Below, piece by piece: positions 18,443 through 33,259 of a stretch of DNA of 64,000 nucleotides (the first letter of the stretch is position 1; each line of letters starts with the position of its first letter). This stretch comes from Bradymonadia bacterium (lineage in GTDB: Bacteria; Myxococcota_A; Bradymonadia; UBA7976; UBA1532). The notes below the pieces were generated by a model. The model was not told the origin of the DNA. It made no database searches and saw only the letters and a list, made by a program, of their open reading frames with translations. The stretch is from positions 352,001-416,000 of the forward strand of contig JBKAGE010000078.1 in NCBI GenBank assembly GCA_046290225.1. The letters are read 5' to 3'. The position numbers and the translations under genes are program-made.

Positions 18443-19786
18443 ATGTCTGCCCCCCAAGTCAGGGAGAACCCACAACCGAGCCCCCTCGGCGTTCACGTGG
18501 CCCTCGTTTGGCGAAACACCATGCTCAAGGATGTGTGGATCCGTCCCGGCGACGCAGCCACCCTCGGCGCCGACCTGAACTGCACGTTCACGTTGCCCGA
18601 GAGCGCTGGAGTCATCGGCACACACACGCTGATTACTCATGATGAGATGGGCCCTCTCCTCATCCCCCCATCGGGCAGCTCCGGGCGCCGTGCCTCTGCG
18701 GCTCAGCTGGCCGCAGATGCCGCCCCCCTCGGCTCCGCCACGATCACACTGGAAGAAGGCGACCGCGGCACGCTCGACCTGGGCCCCTTCACGTTGGTGT
18801 TCCGCTGCGAGCCGCTGCCCGATCGACGCTTGATCCCCAGGGTGGCCCCCTGGCTCGCCTGGGACACGGGCCTGATCGGCGGCATCCTCACCGCCCTCGT
18901 GGGCCAGATGGCGTTTCTGATCGCAGCGTTCTACATCTGGGAGCCCACACCTGCCCTGGCCACGGCGGACTTCGCCGATCGTGACTTCGTTGTGCAGATG
19001 CAGTTGCTGCCGCCCGAGCCGGAGATCGTGGAGCCCGAATCCATCGAAGATGATGAGGGTGCCTCCAAGGCCATTGAGGGTGAGGAGGGTCAGGCAGGAG
19101 AGCCCGAGAAGCCGACGGAGCGACCCACCACCATCAAACGCAAGAAGGACACTGAGACCTCGGGCATGCCCCGCAAGGGTGTCTTTCAAGCGATGGACGG
19201 CTTGAGCAGCCGGGGACCAATGGGCGGCGTCTTCGACGGGGCTGATCGTCTGAAGAACGATCTCGACGCTGCCATGGCTGGGGTGAACGATTCCACCTTT
19301 GTGGGTCGAGGCAACGAAGGCCTGGGCATCAGGGGCACTGGCCCTGGTGGAGGCGGGCTGCACAAGATGGGCACCATCCAGGGGGTCGGGACCCGGTCAG
19401 GTCCCGGGCGCGGGGTCCGCGGCAAAGGGCTGAAGGGCCGGCGCAAGATGCCGAAGACGGTGAAGCCCGATCGCAAGCACGTCAAAGTGGGCGACTACTG
19501 CCGACAGAACGACATCATCAAGGTGGTCAACCGGCGCCAGCGCGGCCTGAAGTTCTGCTACGAGAAAGGTCTGCGAGGCAACCCCGAGCTCCAGGGCAAG
19601 GTCACCTTCTCGTGGCGCATCGGCCTGGACGGCAGGGTCATGAAAGTGCTCGTAGAGGACGACAGCCTGCAGGATCGAGAGGTCACGCAGTGCATGCAGC
19701 GTGCGGTGAAACGCTGGCGCTTCCCCCAGCCCGACGGGGGTCTGTGTCAGGTGCGCTTCCCCTTTGTCTTCAACGCCGGGCTCTGA
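18443..19786 (+). CDS. AgmX/PglI C-terminal (TonB-C-like) single-pass membrane protein, GltG-like
   Basis: Cytoplasmic N-domain, TM helix, Gly-rich linker (GLGIRGTGPGGGG) and C-terminal FCYEKGLRGNPELQGKV...WRFPQP...FPFVF. ATG 18443 follows GAGG. Confidence 0.85.
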   Translation: MSAPQVRENPQPSPLGVHVALVWRNTMLKDVWIRPGDAATLGADLNCTFTLPESAGVIGTHTLITHDEMGPLLIPPSGSSGRRASAAQLAADAAPLGSATITLEEGDRGTLDLGPFTLVFRCEPLPDRRLIPRVAPWLAWDTGLIGGILTALVGQMAFLIAAFYIWEPTPALATADFADRDFVVQMQLLPPEPEIVEPESIEDDEGASKAIEGEEGQAGEPEKPTERPTTIKRKKDTETSGMPRKGVFQAMDGLSSRGPMGGVFDGADRLKNDLDAAMAGVNDSTFVGRGNEGLGIRGTGPGGGGLHKMGTIQGVGTRSGPGRGVRGKGLKGRRKMPKTVKPDRKHVKVGDYCRQNDIIKVVNRRQRGLKFCYEKGLRGNPELQGKVTFSWRIGLDGRVMKVLVEDDSLQDREVTQCMQRAVKRWRFPQPDGGLCQVRFPFVFNAGL

Positions 19787-19805
19787 TCCCGCATACTCCC
19801 CGGCC

Positions 19806-20537
19806 ATGAACGCCACAACGCCTCTCCTCGGCGCCCCCGGCAAGGCCATCATGACCCTGGTCGAGCGGGCGATTCACGATCATCAACTCATCTCCCCTGG
19901 GGATCGCATCGCCGTGGGCATCAGCGGCGGCAAGGACTCCCTGCTGCTGGCCTGCGCCTTCAAGGCCCTCTCCCAGCGCTCCGATCTCGACTTCGAGTGG
20001 TGCGGGGTCCACCTCGACCAGCACCAGCCCGGCTTTGCCCGCGATCAGTTCAATGCCGCCATCGAGGCTCTGGAGATCCCGCTTCAGGTGGTCTCCGAGG
20101 ACACCTGGAGCGTGGTGGAGAGCAAGCTCGCGCCAGGGCAAATCCCCTGCGCGCTGTGCGGCCGCATGCGTCGGGGCATCTTGAACCGCTGGTGCGCTGA
20201 GCACGGCTTCAACACGCTCGCCCTCGGTCACCACCTCGACGATGCCATCGAGACCTTCTTCTTGAACCTTCTGTTTCAGCGAAAACTCGATCCGCTCAAG
20301 CCGGCCACGTCGGCGAGCGCACACCCGGTGACCACCATCCGACCACTCATTCTGGTGGAGGAGCGCAAGATCGTGGACTGGCGGGATCGTCATGGTCTGC
20401 TGCCGGTGCCCTGCCCGGTGTGCGACAGCTTCCCCGAGTCTCGACGGCGGGATCTCAAGCGACTGCTCGAGCAGTTCAAGCAGTTACAGCCTCACGTGGC
20501 CGCCTCGATCCGAGGGGCACTCTACGATCGCAGCTAG
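19806..20537 (+). CDS. ttcA: tRNA 2-thiocytidine biosynthesis protein (PP-loop)
   Basis: SGGKDS, CALCGRMRRG, ALGHHLDD, IRPL, CPVC. Confidence 0.85.
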   Translation: MNATTPLLGAPGKAIMTLVERAIHDHQLISPGDRIAVGISGGKDSLLLACAFKALSQRSDLDFEWCGVHLDQHQPGFARDQFNAAIEALEIPLQVVSEDTWSVVESKLAPGQIPCALCGRMRRGILNRWCAEHGFNTLALGHHLDDAIETFFLNLLFQRKLDPLKPATSASAHPVTTIRPLILVEERKIVDWRDRHGLLPVPCPVCDSFPESRRRDLKRLLEQFKQLQPHVAASIRGALYDRS

Positions 20538-21093
20538 CGGACGACCGCGCTGCGCGCCGTCTGTAGCGGACGGCCGTGCTACGCACCGCCTGTAGCGGAC
20601 GCCTGCCCCGGCTTACGCCGGCGCAAAGCTGTAGCGGACGCCGAGTCTGCCTGCGGCAGCCTGAGCTGTAGCTTTCTAAGAGAGTTGGGTGGGAGTCTTG
20701 GGCTTCTCAACCCAGGTTGGGGCTTACGCCGAAAGTGGTGTGTTAGAGCACCATAAACAAATACCTGCTGCGAACGCTTGTCTGGTGCTCCGATATGAGC
20801 TTCGCTGGTACTCGACGATGCTTTGGCATCGCCTGCGCCCACCGAAGCCCATCTCAAAACACCATCCTGCGCGTTCCCTAACAGTTATTTGTTTATGGTG
20901 CTCTAGGGGCCAGCAGCGTTTGCGGTAGATGAATCCACACACGCCCCCTCAACTGATCTTCAAAAAAGCTACAGGGAATTTGCCGAAGGCAAATGAGCGT
21001 CCGCTACAGCTCTCGCCGAAGGCGAGGCGTCCGCTACAGGCGCAGCGAAGCTGGGCCGTCCGCTACAGACGGCGCGCAGCGCGGTCGTCCGCT
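20536..21093. repeat. 558-bp symmetric element: inverted ~180-bp arms, each a tandem array of a 12-bp repeat plus GNA mini-hairpins
   Basis: Perfect 40-bp terminal inverted repeat 20536-20575 / 21054-21093. CTGTAGCGGACG at 20561, 20590 and 20629; its reverse complement at 20998, 21028 and 21057. Degenerate symmetry continues to about 20714 / 20921. Confidence 0.95.
20744..20905. mobile_element. Palindromic MITE (ERIC-like) with TA at both ends
   Basis: Perfect 20-bp inverted repeat TAGAGCACCATAAACAAATA (20744-20763) / TATTTGTTTATGGTGCTCTA (20886-20905). The interior is an imperfect palindrome around CGATGC-TTTG-GCATCG (20816-20831). No coding capacity. Confidence 0.75.
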
Positions 21094-22277
21094 CAGTCCC
21101 GCTCCACACAGAGCGCGATGCCCATGCCACCGCCGATGCACAGCGTGGCGAGGCCCTTCTTGGCGTCGCGACGGATCATCTCGTGCAGGAGCGTCACCAG
21201 CACCCGGCAGCCGCTGGCGCCGATGGGGTGACCCAGGGCGATGGCCCCGCCGTTCACGTTCACGATGGCCGGATCCCAGCCCATCTCCTTGTTCACCGCA
21301 CACGCCTGGGCCGCGAAGGCCTCGTTCGCCTCGACGAGATCGAGATCAGCCACGGCCCAGCCAGCCTTCTCGAGGGCCTTCCGGGATGCGGGGATCGGGC
21401 CAGTGCCCATGACTGAAGGATCAACACCGGCGGTGGCCCAGGAGACAATGCGGGCGATGGGCTTGAGGCCTTTCTCCTCGGCGAAGCCTGCGCTGGCCAC
21501 CACCACAGCGGCAGCGCCGTCGTTGATGCCGCTGGCGTTGGCCGCCGTCACCGATCCGTCCTTCTTGAAGGCCGGGCGCAGCCGGCCCACGGAGGCCAAG
21601 GTGGTCCCCGCCCGGGGATGCTCGTCGGTGTCCACCACGATGTCGCCCTTGCGGCCCTTCACCGTGTAGGGGGCGATCTCCGCTTCGAACCGGCCCTCAG
21701 CCATGGCGACCTCGGCCTTGTTCTGAGAGGCCACCGCAAACTCGTCCTGCAGCTCGCGGGTGATCTCGAACTGCTCGGCGACGTTCTCTGCGGTGATGCC
21801 CATGTGATAGTCGTTGAAGGCATCCCAGAGGCCATCGGTGATCATCGTGTCAGCGAGGGTGCCATTCCCCATGCGCAGGCCCGTCCGCAGAAGCGCAGCA
21901 TGTTGCGCCATGCTCATGTTCTCCTGGCCCCCCGCCACGACGACCTGCGCGTCACCGAGACGCACGGACTGAGAGGCCAACGCCACCGCCCGCAGACCCG
22001 AGCCGCACACCTGGTTGAGGGTGTAGGCGGTGCGCTCTTTGGGCACCCCAGCGCTCACAGCAGCCTGGCGCGCAGGGTTCTGGCCCTGGCCCGCCGTGAG
22101 CACCTGACCCATGACCACCTCATCCACCGCATCGGTGCTCACCTCGGCACGCTGCAGCGCGGCGCCGATGACGTGGGCGCCGAGGGCGTGGGCCGGCACC
22201 CCGCTGAGGCCCTTGCCAAAGGCCCCGATGGGGGTACGCACCGCACTGAGGATCACCGGCTGGTTGGGGTTGGTCAT
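21093..22277 (-). CDS. Acetyl-CoA C-acetyltransferase (biosynthetic thiolase, PhaA/AtoB family)
   Basis: [32 protein letters not shown] 22277 follows AGGAG. Confidence 0.95.
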   Translation of the reverse strand: MTNPNQPVILSAVRTPIGAFGKGLSGVPAHALGAHVIGAALQRAEVSTDAVDEVVMGQVLTAGQGQNPARQAAVSAGVPKERTAYTLNQVCGSGLRAVALASQSVRLGDAQVVVAGGQENMSMAQHAALLRTGLRMGNGTLADTMITDGLWDAFNDYHMGITAENVAEQFEITRELQDEFAVASQNKAEVAMAEGRFEAEIAPYTVKGRKGDIVVDTDEHPRAGTTLASVGRLRPAFKKDGSVTAANASGINDGAAAVVVASAGFAEEKGLKPIARIVSWATAGVDPSVMGTGPIPASRKALEKAGWAVADLDLVEANEAFAAQACAVNKEMGWDPAIVNVNGGAIALGHPIGASGCRVLVTLLHEMIRRDAKKGLATLCIGGGMGIALCVERD

Positions 22278-22551
22278 ATCGCTCGCTCCTGTGGATGGGT
22301 GGATGATCTCCACCGGGTTTTGTGGAGCGATTGTACTCAAACCTTGGTGCGCCGCAACACAAACCACAGGCCCCATCACACCAGTTCACGCAGCGTGCAC
22401 CACACCCGCCAGACAGCAGATTACACCATCAGTTTTGATGACTTGCAGAGTCAGATTGTCTTGAGGACAGACTCCGCGGACACTGAGATGATTCCCGCTT
22501 CGTCTCATAAACCACTTGTGCACCGCACCATACACACCCTCAGGAGGTGTC

Positions 22552-23655
22552 TTGAAACGGCTCGTCTTCTTCGGGGTCTTTCTGGCGCTCGTCGCCTACC
22601 TCGCCTTCTGGCCTGTCTCTGTCGATCCGGTCAGCTGGTCCCCTGCCCCCAACCCCGGGTACTCCGGTCCCTTCGAAGCCAATGACGGGCTCGCTGGCCT
22701 GGAGCGGTTGCCCATCGCCGGGCTGCACGGTCCAGAGGACATCGCCATCGACCGAGAGGGGCGGGTCTACATCAGCACCGAGGACGGCACCATCCTCCGG
22801 GCGAAGCCTGATGGCACCGATGCTGCCCCCTGGGTGAGCACAGGCGGACGCCCTTTGGGGATCGAGATCGCCCCCGGCGGGCCCCTCGAGGGTCACCTCT
22901 TCGTTGCGGATGCCTATAAGGGTCTGCTCAGCATCAGCCCTGATGGCACGATCACCACCCGGGCCACCGAAGCCGGTGATCTGCCAATCCTCTACGCGGA
23001 CGACCTCGACATTACCCGTGAGGGGCATGTCTATTTCTCCGACGCCTCGACGAAGTTCGGCGCCATGGCCAACGGTGGCACCCTCGCCGCAAGCAAACTC
23101 GACATCCTCGAGCACGGCGGTCACGGGCGCCTCCTGCTGTGGCGCCCGGGCGACTCCACCGCAGAGGTGAGGCTCACGGGTCTACAGTTCGCCAATGGTG
23201 TGGCCATCAACCATGACGAGAGCGCGGTCCTGGTGAACGAGACCGGCAGCTACCAGGTGGTGCGTCATCTCATCGCCGGGCCAGCTGAGCAGAGCACTGT
23301 GGTGCTCACCGATCTGCCGTGTTTCCCAGACAACATTTCCAGAGGCAGCGCGGGTCAGTTCTGGCTTGGCTGCGCCTCACCTCGGCGCTGGATCCTCGAC
23401 GCCACGTCTCAGTGGCCCCGCGTCAGGGCATCCTTCATGCGGTTGCCGGCCTTCATGCGGCCCAAGCCCGGGCGTCGAGGTCACGTCATGCGCTTCGACG
23501 AGACGGGGCGCATCAGCGCTGACTTGCAGGATGTTTCGGGTGGGTACGCCCTCACCACGGGGTTGGTGGAGGGCCGGGGGTACTGGTTCGTCACCAGCCT
23601 CACCGAAGATGCCCTCGGCAGACTGGCACCCCAAGGCGGGCCAGGGGCGCAGTAG
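22552..23655 (+). CDS. SMP-30/gluconolactonase/strictosidine synthase-like beta-propeller protein
   Basis: N-terminal anchor, GPEDIA, GRPLG, YFSDASTKF, FANGVA, FPDNI. TTG follows AGGAGG. Confidence 0.88.
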   Translation: MKRLVFFGVFLALVAYLAFWPVSVDPVSWSPAPNPGYSGPFEANDGLAGLERLPIAGLHGPEDIAIDREGRVYISTEDGTILRAKPDGTDAAPWVSTGGRPLGIEIAPGGPLEGHLFVADAYKGLLSISPDGTITTRATEAGDLPILYADDLDITREGHVYFSDASTKFGAMANGGTLAASKLDILEHGGHGRLLLWRPGDSTAEVRLTGLQFANGVAINHDESAVLVNETGSYQVVRHLIAGPAEQSTVVLTDLPCFPDNISRGSAGQFWLGCASPRRWILDATSQWPRVRASFMRLPAFMRPKPGRRGHVMRFDETGRISADLQDVSGGYALTTGLVEGRGYWFVTSLTEDALGRLAPQGGPGAQ

Positions 23656-23669
23656 CGCCCCCGGAGGCC

Positions 23670-29639
<5,970 letters not shown>

Positions 29640-29747
29640 CGTGGTGACTCCCTCTGCTCGAGCCTGCAACTGGCCCGTCGGAGGGAAAGTCGGTGGATCT
29701 ACCTAGGCTGATGATGGCTCATTCTGGGTCGACCCACTGGTGGGTGC

Positions 29748-30449
29748 CTACGGACCCAGGGAGACGTCGATGTGATTCTGGGGCGGCTCCGCTCGCTCGA
29801 ACCCGTGAGACAAGCCGAGGACCTCACACCACTCAGCGTGCCAGCACTTCAACAGATCAAATGCGTTGAGCTGCGTGTTGATCTCATCAACACACGAGGC
29901 GGCGTCGAGGGCTTCATCGTCTTTGAGCACACGATGAGTCCAGCGCATGCGGCTCTGAGTGAAGCCCCGGCGTCTCAGGGCAAAGGACAGTGCCTCCACC
30001 CCTGGTCCCCCACTGTGCAGCAAACACATCAGTCGCTCGAGGGCCAGCATGACCGATGGTGGACCCAGGGTGGGCCCCTGGAACACCTGCTCCACGAGGC
30101 TTGCGGACTCCGCAGGTAAATGCGCTCGAATCGCATCACACACGAGTGGGCGCCAGTACGCCTCATAGCGGCGCACGCACCCTCGCCGAATCAGGCGTCG
30201 CCGCGTCTCTGGAGACACCGGCAGCTGATGCTCGAAGGGCCGGGCCACGCCAGCGGCCCGCAACCAGAGACCCCATCCTTGTTGATGCTCCACCCGGTCG
30301 TACCCCATGCGGACCGCATGAAGCGACAACGGAGGCGCGACCACAGCCATGAGGAAGCGGTACACACGCTCCAGGCAGGCCCCCTCCTCAGGGGTGAGGG
30401 GTGCCCAGAAGTCAGCGGTGGTGGGGGATGCGGGAATCTCGATCAGCAT
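29748..30449 (-). CDS. Hypothetical protein
   Basis: 233-aa ORF with GGAGG RBS that fills the gap between co-directional genes; no recognised motif. Confidence 0.55.
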   Translation of the reverse strand: MLIEIPASPTTADFWAPLTPEEGACLERVYRFLMAVVAPPLSLHAVRMGYDRVEHQQGWGLWLRAAGVARPFEHQLPVSPETRRRLIRRGCVRRYEAYWRPLVCDAIRAHLPAESASLVEQVFQGPTLGPPSVMLALERLMCLLHSGGPGVEALSFALRRRGFTQSRMRWTHRVLKDDEALDAASCVDEINTQLNAFDLLKCWHAEWCEVLGLSHGFERAEPPQNHIDVSLGP

Positions 30450-30529
30450 GACGCCTCCAAGTGCGTGGTCTGATCTCCTCTACGCCCCGAGGCACTCAGG
30501 GCTTCCCGTAAAATGTGAAGCGTCGGATC

Positions 30530-32176
30530 TCAGCGCGTGGACAGCGAAAGTGTGTAGGGTGCCTGGGCGCCTTGATAGCCCAGTACCACGATGGTGCCGG
30601 GGCCCGAATGGCTGAATGACTCACCATCTGTCAGTGAATCCGATCCCACTGGGCGACCATCGGCGCCAAAGACCGGCTGGTTGCTGTTCTGATCCCACAA
30701 ATACACGTCGAGATCACCCTGAGCGTGGCTGAAGTCGACGCTCACCGTCCACTGACCCCCATGGTTGATGCGATAGAAGTCCGGGGCGTTGTTGCACACG
30801 CCACCGGAGATCTGCCCTGCGCCGAGCACCCCCGCCTGTCCCGCGCTGTCGTTGGGCTCCGAGGCTTCTTCCTCGCAGTTGCCCCCGAGACCGCCTCCAG
30901 GGGGAGGATCCTGGGGCGAAGGCCCGGGGTTGGGATCAATGCCGAGGCGCTGAGACTCCTCTCGGGCGATCTGGGCGTAGTCCAGAGGTACGTTGCTGTT
31001 GCGCATATCGTGGATGATGCGCATGTCCGACCGACGGACGACAAAGGCTGTGGGGAACACACGGGTGATGGGGGCGTTGTGCAGCGTCATGGGCGAGGGT
31101 CGAGTCTCCCCGTCACCGATGCGCAACCCCGGGGCGCCAGAGGCGTACCGGGACAAGATCCGGTTGGCGTCTGCAGAAGAGGCCGGGTTGTAGCTCGAAG
31201 TCTGAGTCTCCACCCACAAGAGCAGGCCACCAGCAGAGTCGATGTTCTGGGCAGTGGGGGCCAGCTGCTGAATGTACGACGAGCATGCTGGGCACCACTC
31301 GGCGCCGATGATCACGACAGCGATGGAGTAGCGCTCGTACGCCGGATCGCAGTGGAACATCTCCAGATCGAAGGGGATCGACTGCCCATTGCCGGTGTAG
31401 GCCGAGCCCCAGGCGAGCTCGGGCATGATCTGGTTGAGTGAGATCTGCCCTGCCCCATGGGGGTACTCACAAGGTGCCGCAGGGGGATCAGGCTCCGGGC
31501 TCAAAGGATCCTCCTGTGGGGGCGGATCGTTCTGGGGCGGCGGATCGTTTTGCTGGGGCGGATCTCGCTCTGGGGGTGGCGCGTCGGGCCAGGGCTCAGG
31601 CTCGGGATCGTTCTGTGGTGGGTCCTCAGCCCAGGGATCATCTTCCTCAGGCCAGGGATCTTCTTCAGGATCAGGGGCAGGATCCTCGGCCCAGGGATCA
31701 TCCTCGGGCTCCGGCTCCGGCGTCGGCGGATCACCAGGCTGCTGCTCCTCGGGCGCGCCTTGCTGTGGTGGAGGTGGTCCATTGGGGTTCGGGCTCTGCT
31801 CCTGCTCTTCGGGCTCGGCGATGGGGGGCGGCACGGAGCCACCGCCAGCAGGCGGTGGCTTGGCCCCAGGTGGCGGCTTGACGAAGGGGGTGTCGTCTCC
31901 CCCACTCTCGGCGTTCAGGTTGCCGAAATCACACCACCCGAACTCACTGCCAGGTACGGGGTGACACAAGAGCGAGCTGCACTCTGCAGGTGAGATGCAC
32001 GGCTGAACACAGACACCCACCAGACAGGCGAGACCAGAGCTGCACGTACCGTTTGGTCCACACGATTGACCGATGGAGGTGTAATCGATGGCGGGCGTGC
32101 CGCCCTGGTCGATTTGTGCACATCCCCAGCCCGTCATCATCAGCGTCAGCGCCCAGAGCCCGACTCGCATGTTCAT
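30530..32176 (-). CDS. Lipoprotein with Cys-rich head, Pro/Asp/Glu-rich linker, thioredoxin-like domain and C-terminal PPC-like domain
   Basis: Lipobox TGWGC, WCPAC, FPT cis-Pro region, EPNDS...DFYRI...GDLDVYLW. Confidence 0.82.
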   Translation of the reverse strand: MNMRVGLWALTLMMTGWGCAQIDQGGTPAIDYTSIGQSCGPNGTCSSGLACLVGVCVQPCISPAECSSLLCHPVPGSEFGWCDFGNLNAESGGDDTPFVKPPPGAKPPPAGGGSVPPPIAEPEEQEQSPNPNGPPPPQQGAPEEQQPGDPPTPEPEPEDDPWAEDPAPDPEEDPWPEEDDPWAEDPPQNDPEPEPWPDAPPPERDPPQQNDPPPQNDPPPQEDPLSPEPDPPAAPCEYPHGAGQISLNQIMPELAWGSAYTGNGQSIPFDLEMFHCDPAYERYSIAVVIIGAEWCPACSSYIQQLAPTAQNIDSAGGLLLWVETQTSSYNPASSADANRILSRYASGAPGLRIGDGETRPSPMTLHNAPITRVFPTAFVVRRSDMRIIHDMRNSNVPLDYAQIAREESQRLGIDPNPGPSPQDPPPGGGLGGNCEEEASEPNDSAGQAGVLGAGQISGGVCNNAPDFYRINHGGQWTVSVDFSHAQGDLDVYLWDQNSNQPVFGADGRPVGSDSLTDGESFSHSGPGTIVVLGYQGAQAPYTLSLSTR

Positions 32177-32415
32177 CCTCCACCAGTCCGATCAACTCAG
32201 ACTGACGCAAGGGCCGGGCCAACCTACCTTCACCACTGTTCTCGAGGACTTTCGCCACCGGCCCCCTGTATGGAGCCCCAAAAACGTGCTGCCCAGGTCA
32301 CTGAACACAGCTCAGTGTGTCCATCCGGTCTCACTGGACCTCTGATGCCGCTTTGAGTTGAAACCCCCGATACAGCCACTAAGCTGCCAGACTCGCATCG
32401 GGGAGTAGTGCTTAT

Positions 32416-33207
32416 ATGGCGAGTCTTTCGGACGTCCTTCTGACGTGGCCTACGGTCATGTACACCATCGCGATGGCCCTGATCCTGCTCTACTGGCTCA
32501 CGGTCATCCTGGGCGCCCTGGACATCGACGTGCTCGACTTCGACGTCGATCTCGACGGCGGCGTCGATGGCGCGCTGGACGGCGCCCTCGATGGTGCTGT
32601 GGATGGTGCCGTCGATGGTGCCGTGGACGCAGCCCTCGATGGTGCAGCAGAGGGCGCAGCGGAAGGGGTCGCAGAAGGCGCAACCGAGGGCGCAGCAGAA
32701 GGCGCCGGTGAAAGCAGCGGTGGTCTGCTCTCGGGTCTTTTCGGGTTGCTCGGCGCCTTGAAGCTTCGGGTGGTGCCCGTCACCGTGGCCTTGAGCTTCA
32801 TCATCCTCATCGCCTGGAGCGCCACGTTCTTCCTGATGGCCAACTTCGGCGCCGAGATCAGCGGGGTCATGCCCGGCTGGTTGCTCGGTGGCCTCGTGCT
32901 GCTTGGGGCCTTCGTCGTGGGCTTGCTCGGCGCCTCGGTGGCGGTGCAACCTCTGGGGCGCTTCTTCCACACCGAGCCTGCAGCTCGACGCAACGCCGTC
33001 ATCGGTCACTTTTGTGAAATCTCCACGGGCCGGGTCGACCACCGATTCGGTCAGGCGCTGTTCCATGACGGCGCCGCCGGCCTCGTGCTGCAGGTGCGTT
33101 GTGATCGGGACAACGGCCTCAAACGAGGAGATCAGGCCCTCATCGTCGACTTCGACGATCATCGGGAGGCCTTCCTCGTCGAAATGATCGACAGATCACG
33201 CTCTTGA
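32416..33207 (+). CDS. YqiJ/NfeD-like membrane protein with OB-fold (flotillin partner)
   Basis: Three hydrophobic segments, an acidic (D/E)GAx loop and a C-terminal FGQA...DGAAGLVLQVRC...GDQALIV OB-fold. It lies upstream of an SPFH gene. Confidence 0.85.
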   Translation: MASLSDVLLTWPTVMYTIAMALILLYWLTVILGALDIDVLDFDVDLDGGVDGALDGALDGAVDGAVDGAVDAALDGAAEGAAEGVAEGATEGAAEGAGESSGGLLSGLFGLLGALKLRVVPVTVALSFIILIAWSATFFLMANFGAEISGVMPGWLLGGLVLLGAFVVGLLGASVAVQPLGRFFHTEPAARRNAVIGHFCEISTGRVDHRFGQALFHDGAAGLVLQVRCDRDNGLKRGDQALIVDFDDHREAFLVEMIDRSRS

Positions 33208-33259
33208 AACTCAACCTCGTCTGTTCTGCTGACCACTTGCCAAGGAGTTCGCGCCTGTC

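Noticed and set aside
20741..20906. Integron attC site (GTTAG.../...CTAAC motifs and a long hairpin)
   Set aside because: No RYYYAAC...GTTRRRY pair in the right order on either strand, longer than typical attC sites, and no cassette ORF or integrase.
20536..21093. CRISPR array interpretation of the repeat/spacer pattern
   Set aside because: The repeats are only 12 bp, the spacers are 17-27 nt and self-complementary, the two arrays are inverted, and no cas genes are present.
20579..21412. Short ORFs across the repeat element
   Set aside because: They are translations of palindromic repeats with no recognisable motif or convincing RBS.
29748..30449. Possible pseudogene status
   Set aside because: Codon usage looks less biased, but the frame is intact with an RBS; this cannot be judged without homologues.
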